Of a stretch of 64,000 nucleotides of DNA, positions 19,627 to 29,647 are shown one piece after another; positions within the stretch are counted from its first letter, which is position 1; each line of letters begins with the position of its first letter. This DNA comes from Salipiger bermudensis (GTDB lineage: Archaea > Thermoplasmatota > Poseidoniia > Poseidoniales > Poseidoniaceae), in NCBI GenBank assembly GCA_964227855.1, contig CAXQWT010000040.1, positions 2,548 to 66,547 of the forward strand. The letters run 5' to 3'. The position numbers were made by a program, and so were the translations under genes. A model generated the notes under the pieces. The model made no database searches. It was not told the DNA's origin and worked only from the letters and a program-made list of their open reading frames with translations.

Positions 19627-20700
19627 TCAATACTCTTTTTGCAGTACGCCATAGTCAACAATCTTGCCTGAGGCAACCTTTTTGAGAAGTGCTTTGAGCC
19701 GATTCTTGATGGTGTTACGACATTTGCCAATGGCTTGAGCAATGTTCTCAAGTCGACCTTGTTCCACACCAAAGGCTTCGCATGAAATTTGGAAAAGGAT
19801 GGCACACAAAACCTTGGCTCCGATGTTCTCCTGCGAAAGCGGAGAGCCGCTCATAGTAGGCTCGCCTAGGCGAAACAGTCGTTGTTTGTAATCGTCCATG
19901 ATTTGAGATTTCAAGGATTCATCGAGACCATCGAGAAGTTGCTTAAGACGAGCCGTTGTGTTCTGGATTTCGGTGTTTCGCAACTCAAACTGGACAGTTC
20001 GTCGGTCAGCCCGCTCTTCGATGAGTTTGGCTTTTTCACAGAGGTTGAGGTACTTCATCACAACTTTCGCAGCATCGACAACCTGCTTCAAGGTCAAGCC
20101 TGTTCCTTCGATCATCTGAGGCCAATCGATGTTGATTTTTCCAGTACGTTCTTGGTGAGCTCGTAGACAGGCAAGCGCAAGCAAACGTTCGTTGTTTTGC
20201 GTGCTACCTCCACGAGTCTTCTTTCGACATACCGAGTTCTTTGGAAGGATGATTTCATCCTCCGATGCAATCTCCTTGAGGGCCTTCGCCTTCTCACCTT
20301 CGAGTGGGACGGTTGCGAGTGCGATGACTTTCTTCGCTTTCATTGCGTTGTCCTTTCCTGCCAACTCCTTTGCAGCATCCATCGTGGCCTGAGCCATGGG
20401 GTGCATATCCTTGATGCCCTGATTGTTCAGGTTGCTTAGGATTTTCCACTTACCTTTTGCTTCACCTGGTCTACCGATGTATGAACCAAGTCCGTTTCCT
20501 TTGGACCCCGTCTTAATTTTCGATTCATCCTTTGTTGGCGTGTTAAAACTGTGCTCGCCCCACATTGTTCCTGCGTTATCGTTTTGTGTCGCCGACGCTT
20601 GATCGTCGATGACGAGGCCACAATCATTGCAAACCACTTCGCCTCGGGCAACATCCGCATTCAAGTCATAACTTCCACATTCTTCACACTTTTTCGTCAA
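19627..20700 (-). CDS. Divergent transcription factor B (TFB/TFIIB) paralogue
   Basis: TFIIB Zn ribbon CEECGS...RGEVVCNDCGLVID; two degenerate cyclin repeats ending IAQAIGKCRNTIKNRLKAL; TTG start with GGAGG SD. Confidence 0.75.
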   Translation of the reverse strand: MTKKCEECGSYDLNADVARGEVVCNDCGLVIDDQASATQNDNAGTMWGEHSFNTPTKDESKIKTGSKGNGLGSYIGRPGEAKGKWKILSNLNNQGIKDMHPMAQATMDAAKELAGKDNAMKAKKVIALATVPLEGEKAKALKEIASEDEIILPKNSVCRKKTRGGSTQNNERLLALACLRAHQERTGKINIDWPQMIEGTGLTLKQVVDAAKVVMKYLNLCEKAKLIEERADRRTVQFELRNTEIQNTTARLKQLLDGLDESLKSQIMDDYKQRLFRLGEPTMSGSPLSQENIGAKVLCAILFQISCEAFGVEQGRLENIAQAIGKCRNTIKNRLKALLKKVASGKIVDYGVLQKEY

Positions 20701-20849
20701 TTTACTTCCTCCATGTTCTCTTTTGTACCAACATGATTAAGACGAGAACCTCGATGGGTAAGTAGAAGGGAGGTCCTGTCCGACACGCTGGAGTATACAC
20801 ATGGCTTCGGTTCTATTTAAGACCTTGCATTCATGTTGTAAATACGGCA

Positions 20850-20870
20850 AAACAAGAATCTTTCTTGTTT
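20850..20870. promoter_or_regulatory. Perfect palindrome AAACAAGAA-TCT-TTCTTGTTT in a divergent promoter region
   Basis: 9-bp perfect arms with a 3-bp spacer, lying between a minus-strand TTAAATAG (20813-20820) and a plus-strand TTTTATA (~20956-20962). Confidence 0.5.
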
Positions 20871-20984
20871 AGAATTCTATTATCCGACATCTTGGCCAAA
20901 GGGATTCGAAATCAACCTCTTACCAGAAAAAATAACAAAATACACACACGTTTCCTTTTATACGGTCGTCTTCTATGCTGAGGA

Positions 20985-23900
20985 ATGGGGGAGAATGTAG
21001 TGAACATCACGGTTGAAGCATGCTCTCCGGAATACATCGTTCCTTCATGGTTGATTGCTGATGTTGCAAACGGAAGGGATGATATTCTTGTCATCTATCC
21101 AAATGAAACAACACGATCAAACTCGATGAAATTAATTCTTCAAAAGACAGGAACAGTCGATTCAAGCAGACATACAACACTTCACCGACTTGTCAAAGCA
21201 CTCGCAATTGACTTCAGACTCCCCGTCGTTGTCCCTGCATCCACGATTGGTCTTGTTCAAGTTCATGAGAAACTAGCCGCTGCAGCCTCAGAACATCGTT
21301 TCCCTCGCCTCCATCCGGACACAACTCGTCCGTGGACCCTCTCGAAATCTGAGCGATTGCTCAAACTCCATTCTTATGCGACGAGCCATCAGATTTTTTC
21401 CGAATGGAAAGACGATCCTGGAGCATACGAAGCAGAACGAATTCTTTCAACTTTCGAGAAAGATGGTCTTCTCCACGAACATCACGTCCAGTCTCGACTT
21501 TGCTTACATCTGTCGGATACTGAGATTCCAGTTCCTTTCACCCTTGGAGCAATTTCTGGAATACTGCTTCTCAATCATCCACCAGATTTTTCTGAGAATG
21601 AAAAGCGATTCCTGAAAGCACTATCACTGAGGGCCCCAATTCATCATTTGTGCGTTAGCGGTTCCTTCCGCCTGGGGTATCATGGCGCTTACATTGATGA
21701 TGGAATTAAAGCCATTAATGAGGAAGAGAAACTACCCTCATGGGTCCCCCGACACCCCGTTCAGAGAGTTCAACCACAACCTGATGATTACGCGACAGAA
21801 GGCGTTCACATCCTGAGTTTTGATCAAGCGACACAAGTGATGGATGCAGCACTTTCGGCATTACAACTTTACCGAAATCATTCAGGGGGTTCCGTCTTAC
21901 TCGTCGACGCAAACAAAAGCAGACACCGCGATTGGGTTCGTCGCCTGAACCAAATTGGCTTCACATCCAAAACTCAATCCGATGTTGTGGGGAGTACGTC
22001 GGCCGTACAAGCAATCCTCCGTTTCTTATCGATATCTCGAGGACAAGACGCTTGGTCAGCAACCAAGTTGTTTGACATCATCCAATCACAGACATTCCCA
22101 CTTCTTGGCAATTTGTTTGCGGATCTTGAACACCCAACCAACAAAGATTGGCGGCCACATCCGCATTTGGATGTTATCGAAAACATCGGTCGAAGCTTCC
22201 ACGTTCTCGGTGGGAAAGGAGCCTTACAACGATGGCTTGGATCCTTATCTGCTGCAACGCCATACTCCATGGAAGCCTATCGGCGTGAGAAAGAATCGCA
22301 AGAACTCGAGGAAACACAATGGTGGTTACAATGTCTGGCAGTCTCTTGGTCAGCCCTTTTGAGCGAACAGGAATGCAAATATCTTGATGCGGAATGTGTT
22401 GGTACATCATCGAAAGAGGTCCTTCCTTTACCACAGGTAAGCAAATTTCCAAGGGATGTTCTCACATCGATGTTGCAAGCATGTGACTGGGAGAGTTTGT
22501 TCGCTCGGACTCAGCGGTACGATGCTTCTGTAGGTGCTGTTCAAAATTGGATACAAGCCATTGATGCATTGCTTCAGTATGATTCAAGCGTTGATTTCGT
22601 AGAACTTTGCCGGATAGCATCGGAGCAAACGAAGATACCAAACCATCGTGTTGATCACTCAGATGTGCGCATTTGCACGCCGCTTGAAGCATATGGTGTT
22701 GAATCAGACATCACACTGTTTGTTGGTCTTGATGCAGAATCATGGTCAATGAAAGCAGAGCGGATTCCTTGGGTTGATGATGCCGTTCGGGTAGAATTAG
22801 GTCTAACGGATGGAGATTTACCAATCCGACGTGCACGTCATTTGTTCAAGTCATTACTTAATGCCAGCCAACAAGCGATTCTTTTTGACACGGAACACGA
22901 CGAATCCGTAGGAAATTCTACGCCAGTTGCTGAATATCTTTCAATGGTAGAATTGAATGGTTATCTCTCAACGTTGAGGCAAGCTCCAGATTTCATAAAA
23001 CCATTAATTTCTGATGGTGCAGGGTGGTCGATGATGACAAGAGATGATGGAAATGTCGTTACCTATCGAAGTTCAGCACTTTCTATCAATGGTCGCGAGG
23101 TGCTCCTCGAACGTGCGGAAAATTCGCTTCGAGACCAACAACAACAAGCAGGCCTTGAACTCAGATCCATTCGCCATCCAACCACCCTCGTCCAATCCTC
23201 CAATTCAATTGCAGCTCGACATGAACGGGAAATCAATCTTGATCGATTCCGCCGTCAACCGAAGTTCAAACCCTTGGAAAATGGGAGCACCATGAACTGG
23301 GCGACAAGAAACAATCTGTTGACGACGACGAACCTCATCATTCAGCCCACCGTATCTCAAGCGAGTGTTGCCGGAGGCAGAACGGCGACTTCTTATCCTC
23401 ATCTTGGTTACAAAAAGAATGGAATCTCAAGAGGGCCTTCTATCGATCCAAGACCGCTTCCACCACCACAATTTGATTCTCAGAGTTTGACCGCTATTCT
23501 ATCAACCAAAACAAGGGATGAAGAACCGAGAATCTGGTCAACAAGTCGATTGAATCCTTGGTTCATATGTCCTCGACAAGCCTGGACCGAACAGGTTTTG
23601 CAGGCAACAGAATCTTCACCAGAACCTTCTGAAGACATCGCACCGCTGACAAAAGGAACACTGGTACATTCCATTGAAGAGCATCTCTTGACAATGCTCG
23701 GGATTGAGGTTGGCGGCCGGCCACTCCCAATAGGCACGCCAATGCATCTCGGAGTCTTGCTTTCAGAACAAGAGATGTGGGAAAGTGTACTTGGTCGCTT
23801 ATCAGAACTCGCCCCTTGGTTAGCGAGAACCAACGCAGTTTCTGTTCACCGTTGCAATGACCTTATTGGATGCACGCCAGAAAATTGGAATGCGTGGATT

Positions 23901-24677
23901 GAAGGTGGTCAAGAATTACCAATCAACGGACGATTAGGGCGCCTCCTCCTCGCCGATCTTCGCCTCACATCTGCTGCTCCAATTGCGAGTGAATGGGCGC
24001 TTGAGCATGGAAGCGAGCAATACGTCGAGATTCAAGGATTCAACGATTCGATGGACATCGCTTCAATCAATGTCCGTGGGAGAATTGACCGTGTTGACCA
24101 TATTGTCTTCTCTGCTGAAGATATTGAGCAATTACATGAGAATGGCCTTTATGCAGAGGACGCTGAAGAATTACCTCTCTTCTTTACCGGCAAGGAGGCA
24201 CCTGCAAAACGCTTCATCATTATCCGAGATATCAAAACCATTGAGGGGCCAAAACCTGGACAATCGGGCGTACGTCACACTGCAGGGTTGTTCAAAGAAA
24301 TCCAACTTGCCATGTATGCTCGAGCATGGGAAATTGCACATCCAGGGGACCGCGTCATTGGGGTTGGGATTTCAGAAGTTGGTGATGACACCGAGCATTT
24401 TGTTGAACTAGATCCGAGTTTCCATTCACTCACCGCCCACCTTAATTTCGGAACGCCAACCACATATTCGACAAACCACTTTCGCATTCCAAATGAAGAT
24501 GCAAGTCCCCAAAGCAACAGTTTCCGCGCATGGATGAGTTCCCGGATCACATCTGCATTGCGAGCGCGTGACGCAAGCCAACTTGGTTGGAATCATCCGA
24601 CGCCGGGCACACACTGCTCCTATTGTTCACTTGCAAATGCCTGTCCATCGGCATCGATCGGAGGTGAGTTGAAGTGA
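20985..24677 (+). CDS. AddB/RexB-like subunit: degenerate helicase scaffold + PD-(D/E)XK nuclease with Fe-S cysteines
   Basis: No Walker A seen. C-terminal WSTSRLNPWFICP, GTLVH, RGRIDRVD, RDIKT, IQLAMY and HCSYCSLANAC. Confidence 0.8.
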   Translation: MGENVVNITVEACSPEYIVPSWLIADVANGRDDILVIYPNETTRSNSMKLILQKTGTVDSSRHTTLHRLVKALAIDFRLPVVVPASTIGLVQVHEKLAAAASEHRFPRLHPDTTRPWTLSKSERLLKLHSYATSHQIFSEWKDDPGAYEAERILSTFEKDGLLHEHHVQSRLCLHLSDTEIPVPFTLGAISGILLLNHPPDFSENEKRFLKALSLRAPIHHLCVSGSFRLGYHGAYIDDGIKAINEEEKLPSWVPRHPVQRVQPQPDDYATEGVHILSFDQATQVMDAALSALQLYRNHSGGSVLLVDANKSRHRDWVRRLNQIGFTSKTQSDVVGSTSAVQAILRFLSISRGQDAWSATKLFDIIQSQTFPLLGNLFADLEHPTNKDWRPHPHLDVIENIGRSFHVLGGKGALQRWLGSLSAATPYSMEAYRREKESQELEETQWWLQCLAVSWSALLSEQECKYLDAECVGTSSKEVLPLPQVSKFPRDVLTSMLQACDWESLFARTQRYDASVGAVQNWIQAIDALLQYDSSVDFVELCRIASEQTKIPNHRVDHSDVRICTPLEAYGVESDITLFVGLDAESWSMKAERIPWVDDAVRVELGLTDGDLPIRRARHLFKSLLNASQQAILFDTEHDESVGNSTPVAEYLSMVELNGYLSTLRQAPDFIKPLISDGAGWSMMTRDDGNVVTYRSSALSINGREVLLERAENSLRDQQQQAGLELRSIRHPTTLVQSSNSIAARHEREINLDRFRRQPKFKPLENGSTMNWATRNNLLTTTNLIIQPTVSQASVAGGRTATSYPHLGYKKNGISRGPSIDPRPLPPPQFDSQSLTAILSTKTRDEEPRIWSTSRLNPWFICPRQAWTEQVLQATESSPEPSEDIAPLTKGTLVHSIEEHLLTMLGIEVGGRPLPIGTPMHLGVLLSEQEMWESVLGRLSELAPWLARTNAVSVHRCNDLIGCTPENWNAWIEGGQELPINGRLGRLLLADLRLTSAAPIASEWALEHGSEQYVEIQGFNDSMDIASINVRGRIDRVDHIVFSAEDIEQLHENGLYAEDAEELPLFFTGKEAPAKRFIIIRDIKTIEGPKPGQSGVRHTAGLFKEIQLAMYARAWEIAHPGDRVIGVGISEVGDDTEHFVELDPSFHSLTAHLNFGTPTTYSTNHFRIPNEDASPQSNSFRAWMSSRITSALRARDASQLGWNHPTPGTHCSYCSLANACPSASIGGELK

Positions 24678-27600
24678 TTTCTTTCAACAGAAGCCAGCGT
24701 TTGGGCCTGAACTTGGATCAGCACATTGCTTTGGATGCTGGAGCAGGCACAGGAAAAACGACCGTCATGGCAGAACGATACGTTCAGCATCTCTTATCTG
24801 GTGAACAACGAGCAACGCATGTGTTGCCACCTCCAATACGACAAGAACCGTTCGGCTCAGGAAAAATTTTGGCGGCAAAGCGTGATCGAACACCGTTAAA
24901 CGAATGGAAAGGCCTCTTGCCTCAAGAGATTGTTGCAATAACGTTCACTCGAAAAGCTGCATCCGAACTCCGTTCTCGCATCCGCCAACGAATTCAATCC
25001 CTGCGTGCAAACCCGGTCAATGAAGAGGATAGAATGGGCGTTCACGACCCTCGGCTTCGCCACCAAGGCGATGTCTCAATGCTGATGTCATTGCTCGAGG
25101 CAGCACCAATTTCAACGATTGATGCTTTCCTGTCTGAAATATTGGCGCCTCACATTGACCTGGTCGCTCTTCATTTGAGTAGAGAACAATTGCCTGAAGA
25201 GAAAGCACCTCTCCTACGTACACAAGCCCTCAATTCAGCTTGGAGAATTCGGAATGCTCGTGATGCTATCGAGGCAGGAATGCTCCAATCTGCAGATGAG
25301 TTTATCGCCGCTCGAAACCGACTAGCAATCCGACTCGGCGGGCAGCAGAGTGCTCAAACTGTGTTGGAGGGCCTTCTGGAATCCTCACTGTTTGTTGAGG
25401 AATCAAGACGTCGTCTTCGTTCTCGTTCCATTCGACTAAACTTGCCCTGGGACGGCCACTCTCCCCCCGATTATCGTTTGATTGAGGATATGATTTTGCA
25501 GGAGTGTCAACACCTGGTCGACCCAGTTGTTGAAGACGTTCATGCAGTTCTCAATGAATGGGTTGATGTTTTTCTTCAGTATCACTCAATTTTTGTTGCA
25601 CCAGCACAGACGGAAACAACGAGCACTCGATTCAACCAACTTGTCCACCTGGCAAGAGAATCACTACCTGACACGCCAATTGAACGGCTTCAATGGCTGT
25701 ATCAGGTCGTAGCCTCTGCGACTTCCTTTACTCAATTGAATGAGGTTACCCCTTCTCTTCTGAAAGGAGGAAACTTCCCACGTAACAATTCGCTTGCGGG
25801 ATGGCCAGCAGGTTTGATGACATGGTCCTCCGTGCTCAAAGGAAAGGATGAGAAAGGTCTGAAAAATCAAATTTCAGCTGCCGCTTCGGACGCAGCAGAA
25901 CGATTGCAACACCGCATTCATGACCCAACAGATGGTAGGCTTGTTTTCATGCTCTCCAAAGTGGCTTACTGCCTTAATCCATCTCGCCCATTCGTTCATA
26001 GAGATGCAAACGAGCGCTACGATCATCAATTGCTTGGCCTTCAATTGAGTCAAGAACCACCTCATGCAAACATGCGAGTTTCCAGAGAACTCCAAGTTGA
26101 AGTTCTCAATGATCTTTACATCGTACACTCAGGTTGCCAAGATTTACTTCGCCATCTAAAGTCTCAGGAAGAGGCCCATGATTTCGATGACGTGCAGGTT
26201 ATGGTTGGAGATTTACTTCTTGCGCGCTGCCCAGCGATCGTTCGTCACTGGTACCCTCCAGAGGCTGTACAGGCTTTGGATGATCTTGGAGATGAACCAT
26301 GGTCTGATGAACACATCCGGAGAGCTCTTACAATCATGCAAGGCGATGAACAGAAATACGTTGATTTGCAACGAAGGTATGCGCTCCTAAAACAGATTCG
26401 TGCTCGATATCGAGCATTCATTATCGACGAATATCAGGATACGAATCCTGAACATGCACGTCTTCTTTCACGATTGTGGGGCCGCCGTGAAGGCATATCG
26501 GACGAACATCCAGCACCATTAGGTCCGTGGGATCCGACCATTTGTATTGTTGGAGATATGAAACAGAGCATCTACCGATTCAGACAGGCTGAGGTCACCG
26601 TTATGCGTCGTATGGTTGCATCAATTCGTGTTGCCAACAGCATCGAAAACAATGAGCCAAGGCTAGAATCCTTTACTCAAAATGGGCATGGACGAGATCC
26701 ACGACCAATTGGCGCAGGAGGTGAATCAGGTTCGTTCATTCAGGCATCGGACTTTTCGCGTGAAGAGCAATCAGCCCCTTGGGATTACGTTTCTTTCGGT
26801 ATCGATGATTCCGGGTTAGCAAACGATGATTCGACTACGCAAGAACGAACCGAAGGACACATCCAATTGCGAACAAATTTCCGTACAGCCCCTGGTTTGC
26901 TTCGAACACTCAACAATATGTTTGATGATACATTTGATGCAAGACATCATCAGTTCCCAGGGGATTTTCATGCAACTGCACAGCCTCTTGACGCTGGTCG
27001 AGAAACCTCCAGCGAAGGAGTGATTGAATGGCTTCTTCCAACCCAAAACAACACTGATGAATTACCCTTGGATATGATGGAAGGATACAATCTCTACGAT
27101 GCGGGGAATGCCAACCTCCGTCATCTCGAACATGAACTCATCGCCTCAAGGTTGGACGCTTTGGTTCGAGGATTGTCGACTCAAATTTGGTCTGTAGAAG
27201 CTGCAGCGTATGTCGAAATAGAGCCAGAAGAGACAATCTCACCTGAAGATGTCATGATTCTCGTACATTCTCGTAAGCACATTCCTGATCTTGTAGCCCG
27301 TCTTCAGTCACGAGGCCTACCTGTTATGGCGGATAAACAAGGCGAGTTGCTCAAACAACCCGTTGTTCAGCCACTGATGGCGGTTCTGGAACTTCTCGCA
27401 CATCCAAATTCAAGACATGCTGCTCACTCCTTTGTTCGTTCGTCAATCATTGGTGCTTCATCCGTGCAAATCGAGGAGTTATTAGGAACTGAAGCCATTG
27501 AAAATTACTGGCTCCATGCTGCGGAATATTTTGCATCAGCGCCACAAGGCCCCCTTCTGGCAGCATTTGCTCAAATGGTTCAACATGGTGCAATTTACGA

Positions 27601-29647
27601 AGTCTTCGATGCAGTGTTAGACTACAGTGATTTGCTCATTGCCTTCCCTGATGAATCTGAACGTCAAGTAGCGGAAATGTGGTGTGCATTAGTTCAGAAG
27701 ATTGGGTCCGATACTGGCCATGAACCAGCGGCAATTCTAGAACAAATGAGGGCATTTGCAACACTCGGAAACAAGGGTCCGCAAGCGAGCACATCCCCGA
27801 CGAGCGGGGCAATTCAAATTATGACCATCCATGGTGCAAAGGGGCTACAAGCACCGGTTGTCGTTGTAACCGGATTGTTTGAAGCTGGACGCCGTAGTTC
27901 AAGTATTGAAGCGCAAAACAACGTTCTAATCACGCCTGATGTCATCGCCGGAAGGATTCAGCCATGGAAGTCTAAAGAGAAACCAGAAGATGCTCTTTGG
28001 ATGCTAGCAGAACAAATGAATAAGGCCCAGAATCAGGCCGAATTGCGACGTCAATTCTACGTAGCTTTAACTCGCGTTAAAGATCGACTTATTTTTGTTG
28101 GATCCCCAAATGCACCGTGTTCCATCGGTGAGGATTTCATGGTGAAGATGAAAATCAATTCGAAAGGGAACAATATGGGTGATTTGATGCTGGATGGATT
28201 CCGATACATGGGACTTCGTTCTGGAGATGAACAAGTATGGAGTTTGGAAGGTGACGTGCAAGGTGAACGTATGGTTGAATACGGAGAACAAGTGTTGGAA
28301 TTTGATCCTATTGCTCTTTTCCAAGCAAGCGGATTCATGGATGAATCACTTCAACAATTGCGCATGTACCATCATCCTGATTGCTTTTCAACCCAAACAC
28401 CGACCTCAGTTCTATCAAATTGGTTGGATATCGAGGAACGTCTTTCAGAGCCTGTTGAAGCTACTCAATCTGACCAACAAATGGTCCATCAAGCGCCAAC
28501 ACTCCGGATGACGGCACATGGATTGGATACTGCAAATTCGTGCCGACGTAGATATTGGTTGTCGCACATGAAGGGATGGCAAAGTGAACCTTTTCACATT
28601 GGAGGCAGTTCAAGACTGCCAGCCGACGAAGAAGAATTCAAAGACCGTTCAGGTGGAGAGGACTTGGAGCAAGCAGTCATCGGTTGGCCTTCTGCAACAT
28701 CATTCGGGTCTATGTTTCACAGACTTGTTGAGATTGGTCTGGCCAATCCAGCCGAAATGAGATCTGATAAATTTGAACTGAGTCCAGCATGGCTGAATGC
28801 TCAGACAAATCATCTATTGTCGAGCAAAGAAATCGACGACGCAACGCAATCACAGCCAGAATGGCATCGATTATCCCGCGAAGAACAACAGCAAACTCGA
28901 GTAAGAATCATCGAACTCGCAACCTTGCTGACAAATGGATCCTTGGGAAGGATGGTCGATGGTGAAGAAGTCAATGGTTGCCAAATCGAAGGTTTACGAA
29001 CAGAAGCATCGTTCATTTACGACCATGAAGTAAATCTTGAAGGCCTCGTGCGTTCACCACTGACGCAATTGAATCGATTGTATGTTACGCTCATTGAATC
29101 GGTCAACATTCTCTTTGAAGGGCAGGCTGATCTTGTTTTGGCTGGTGTTCAAGACGAACGTTCATGGTTGCAAGTTGTCGATTTGAAAACGTCAGGTGCT
29201 CGCGAAGAAGTCCTCGAGAGTCATTCGTTGTATGATTCTTTGAAAGAGCCGTTTTCGTTTGAACCACAAAACGATACTGAGCTCCAAATGCTTCAAAATC
29301 ACCGTCTTCAACTTACCCTGTATTCTCTTGTCTTCCGGCGGCAAGAGGAACGAAAACCAGCTGACCAGCGAAGAGAGGTACGGCCTCCTGCATTACTGAT
29401 TGCAAGTACCGGGCGTTTTGTCCAAATGCCTAACAAAATGTACGAAGAGGCAGAGAAGGAATTGGGCCGTCTCCTCGATTGGATGGCAAACTTGACCGCT
29501 AATCCGAACGGCACTGATGAACCGAAACGTCTTCCGATGGAATTTATGGACACGTGTAAGAAATGTCCCTTCTTCAAGGGTGATGTGCGAATGTGTGGTC
29601 CACAGGGAATGGAATTGGGATTCAACGCTGACTCTTCTTCCCAATGA
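24674..29647 (+). CDS. AddA/UvrD-like SF1A helicase with C-terminal PD-(D/E)XK nuclease
   Basis: AGAGTGKT, AITFTRKAA, STIDAF, IDEYQDTN, VGDMKQSIYRFR, TNFRT, MTIHGAKGLQ and FYVALTR; nuclease GQADL..VDLKT..QLTLY. GTGA overlap with the upstream gene. Confidence 0.9.
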   Translation: MISFNRSQRLGLNLDQHIALDAGAGTGKTTVMAERYVQHLLSGEQRATHVLPPPIRQEPFGSGKILAAKRDRTPLNEWKGLLPQEIVAITFTRKAASELRSRIRQRIQSLRANPVNEEDRMGVHDPRLRHQGDVSMLMSLLEAAPISTIDAFLSEILAPHIDLVALHLSREQLPEEKAPLLRTQALNSAWRIRNARDAIEAGMLQSADEFIAARNRLAIRLGGQQSAQTVLEGLLESSLFVEESRRRLRSRSIRLNLPWDGHSPPDYRLIEDMILQECQHLVDPVVEDVHAVLNEWVDVFLQYHSIFVAPAQTETTSTRFNQLVHLARESLPDTPIERLQWLYQVVASATSFTQLNEVTPSLLKGGNFPRNNSLAGWPAGLMTWSSVLKGKDEKGLKNQISAAASDAAERLQHRIHDPTDGRLVFMLSKVAYCLNPSRPFVHRDANERYDHQLLGLQLSQEPPHANMRVSRELQVEVLNDLYIVHSGCQDLLRHLKSQEEAHDFDDVQVMVGDLLLARCPAIVRHWYPPEAVQALDDLGDEPWSDEHIRRALTIMQGDEQKYVDLQRRYALLKQIRARYRAFIIDEYQDTNPEHARLLSRLWGRREGISDEHPAPLGPWDPTICIVGDMKQSIYRFRQAEVTVMRRMVASIRVANSIENNEPRLESFTQNGHGRDPRPIGAGGESGSFIQASDFSREEQSAPWDYVSFGIDDSGLANDDSTTQERTEGHIQLRTNFRTAPGLLRTLNNMFDDTFDARHHQFPGDFHATAQPLDAGRETSSEGVIEWLLPTQNNTDELPLDMMEGYNLYDAGNANLRHLEHELIASRLDALVRGLSTQIWSVEAAAYVEIEPEETISPEDVMILVHSRKHIPDLVARLQSRGLPVMADKQGELLKQPVVQPLMAVLELLAHPNSRHAAHSFVRSSIIGASSVQIEELLGTEAIENYWLHAAEYFASAPQGPLLAAFAQMVQHGAIYEVFDAVLDYSDLLIAFPDESERQVAEMWCALVQKIGSDTGHEPAAILEQMRAFATLGNKGPQASTSPTSGAIQIMTIHGAKGLQAPVVVVTGLFEAGRRSSSIEAQNNVLITPDVIAGRIQPWKSKEKPEDALWMLAEQMNKAQNQAELRRQFYVALTRVKDRLIFVGSPNAPCSIGEDFMVKMKINSKGNNMGDLMLDGFRYMGLRSGDEQVWSLEGDVQGERMVEYGEQVLEFDPIALFQASGFMDESLQQLRMYHHPDCFSTQTPTSVLSNWLDIEERLSEPVEATQSDQQMVHQAPTLRMTAHGLDTANSCRRRYWLSHMKGWQSEPFHIGGSSRLPADEEEFKDRSGGEDLEQAVIGWPSATSFGSMFHRLVEIGLANPAEMRSDKFELSPAWLNAQTNHLLSSKEIDDATQSQPEWHRLSREEQQQTRVRIIELATLLTNGSLGRMVDGEEVNGCQIEGLRTEASFIYDHEVNLEGLVRSPLTQLNRLYVTLIESVNILFEGQADLVLAGVQDERSWLQVVDLKTSGAREEVLESHSLYDSLKEPFSFEPQNDTELQMLQNHRLQLTLYSLVFRRQEERKPADQRREVRPPALLIASTGRFVQMPNKMYEEAEKELGRLLDWMANLTANPNGTDEPKRLPMEFMDTCKKCPFFKGDVRMCGPQGMELGFNADSSSQ

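Noticed and set aside
23480..24677. Cas4-like nuclease suggesting a CRISPR system
   Set aside because: The PD-(D/E)XK/4-Cys domain is part of the AddB-like protein; no repeat-spacer array or other cas genes are visible.
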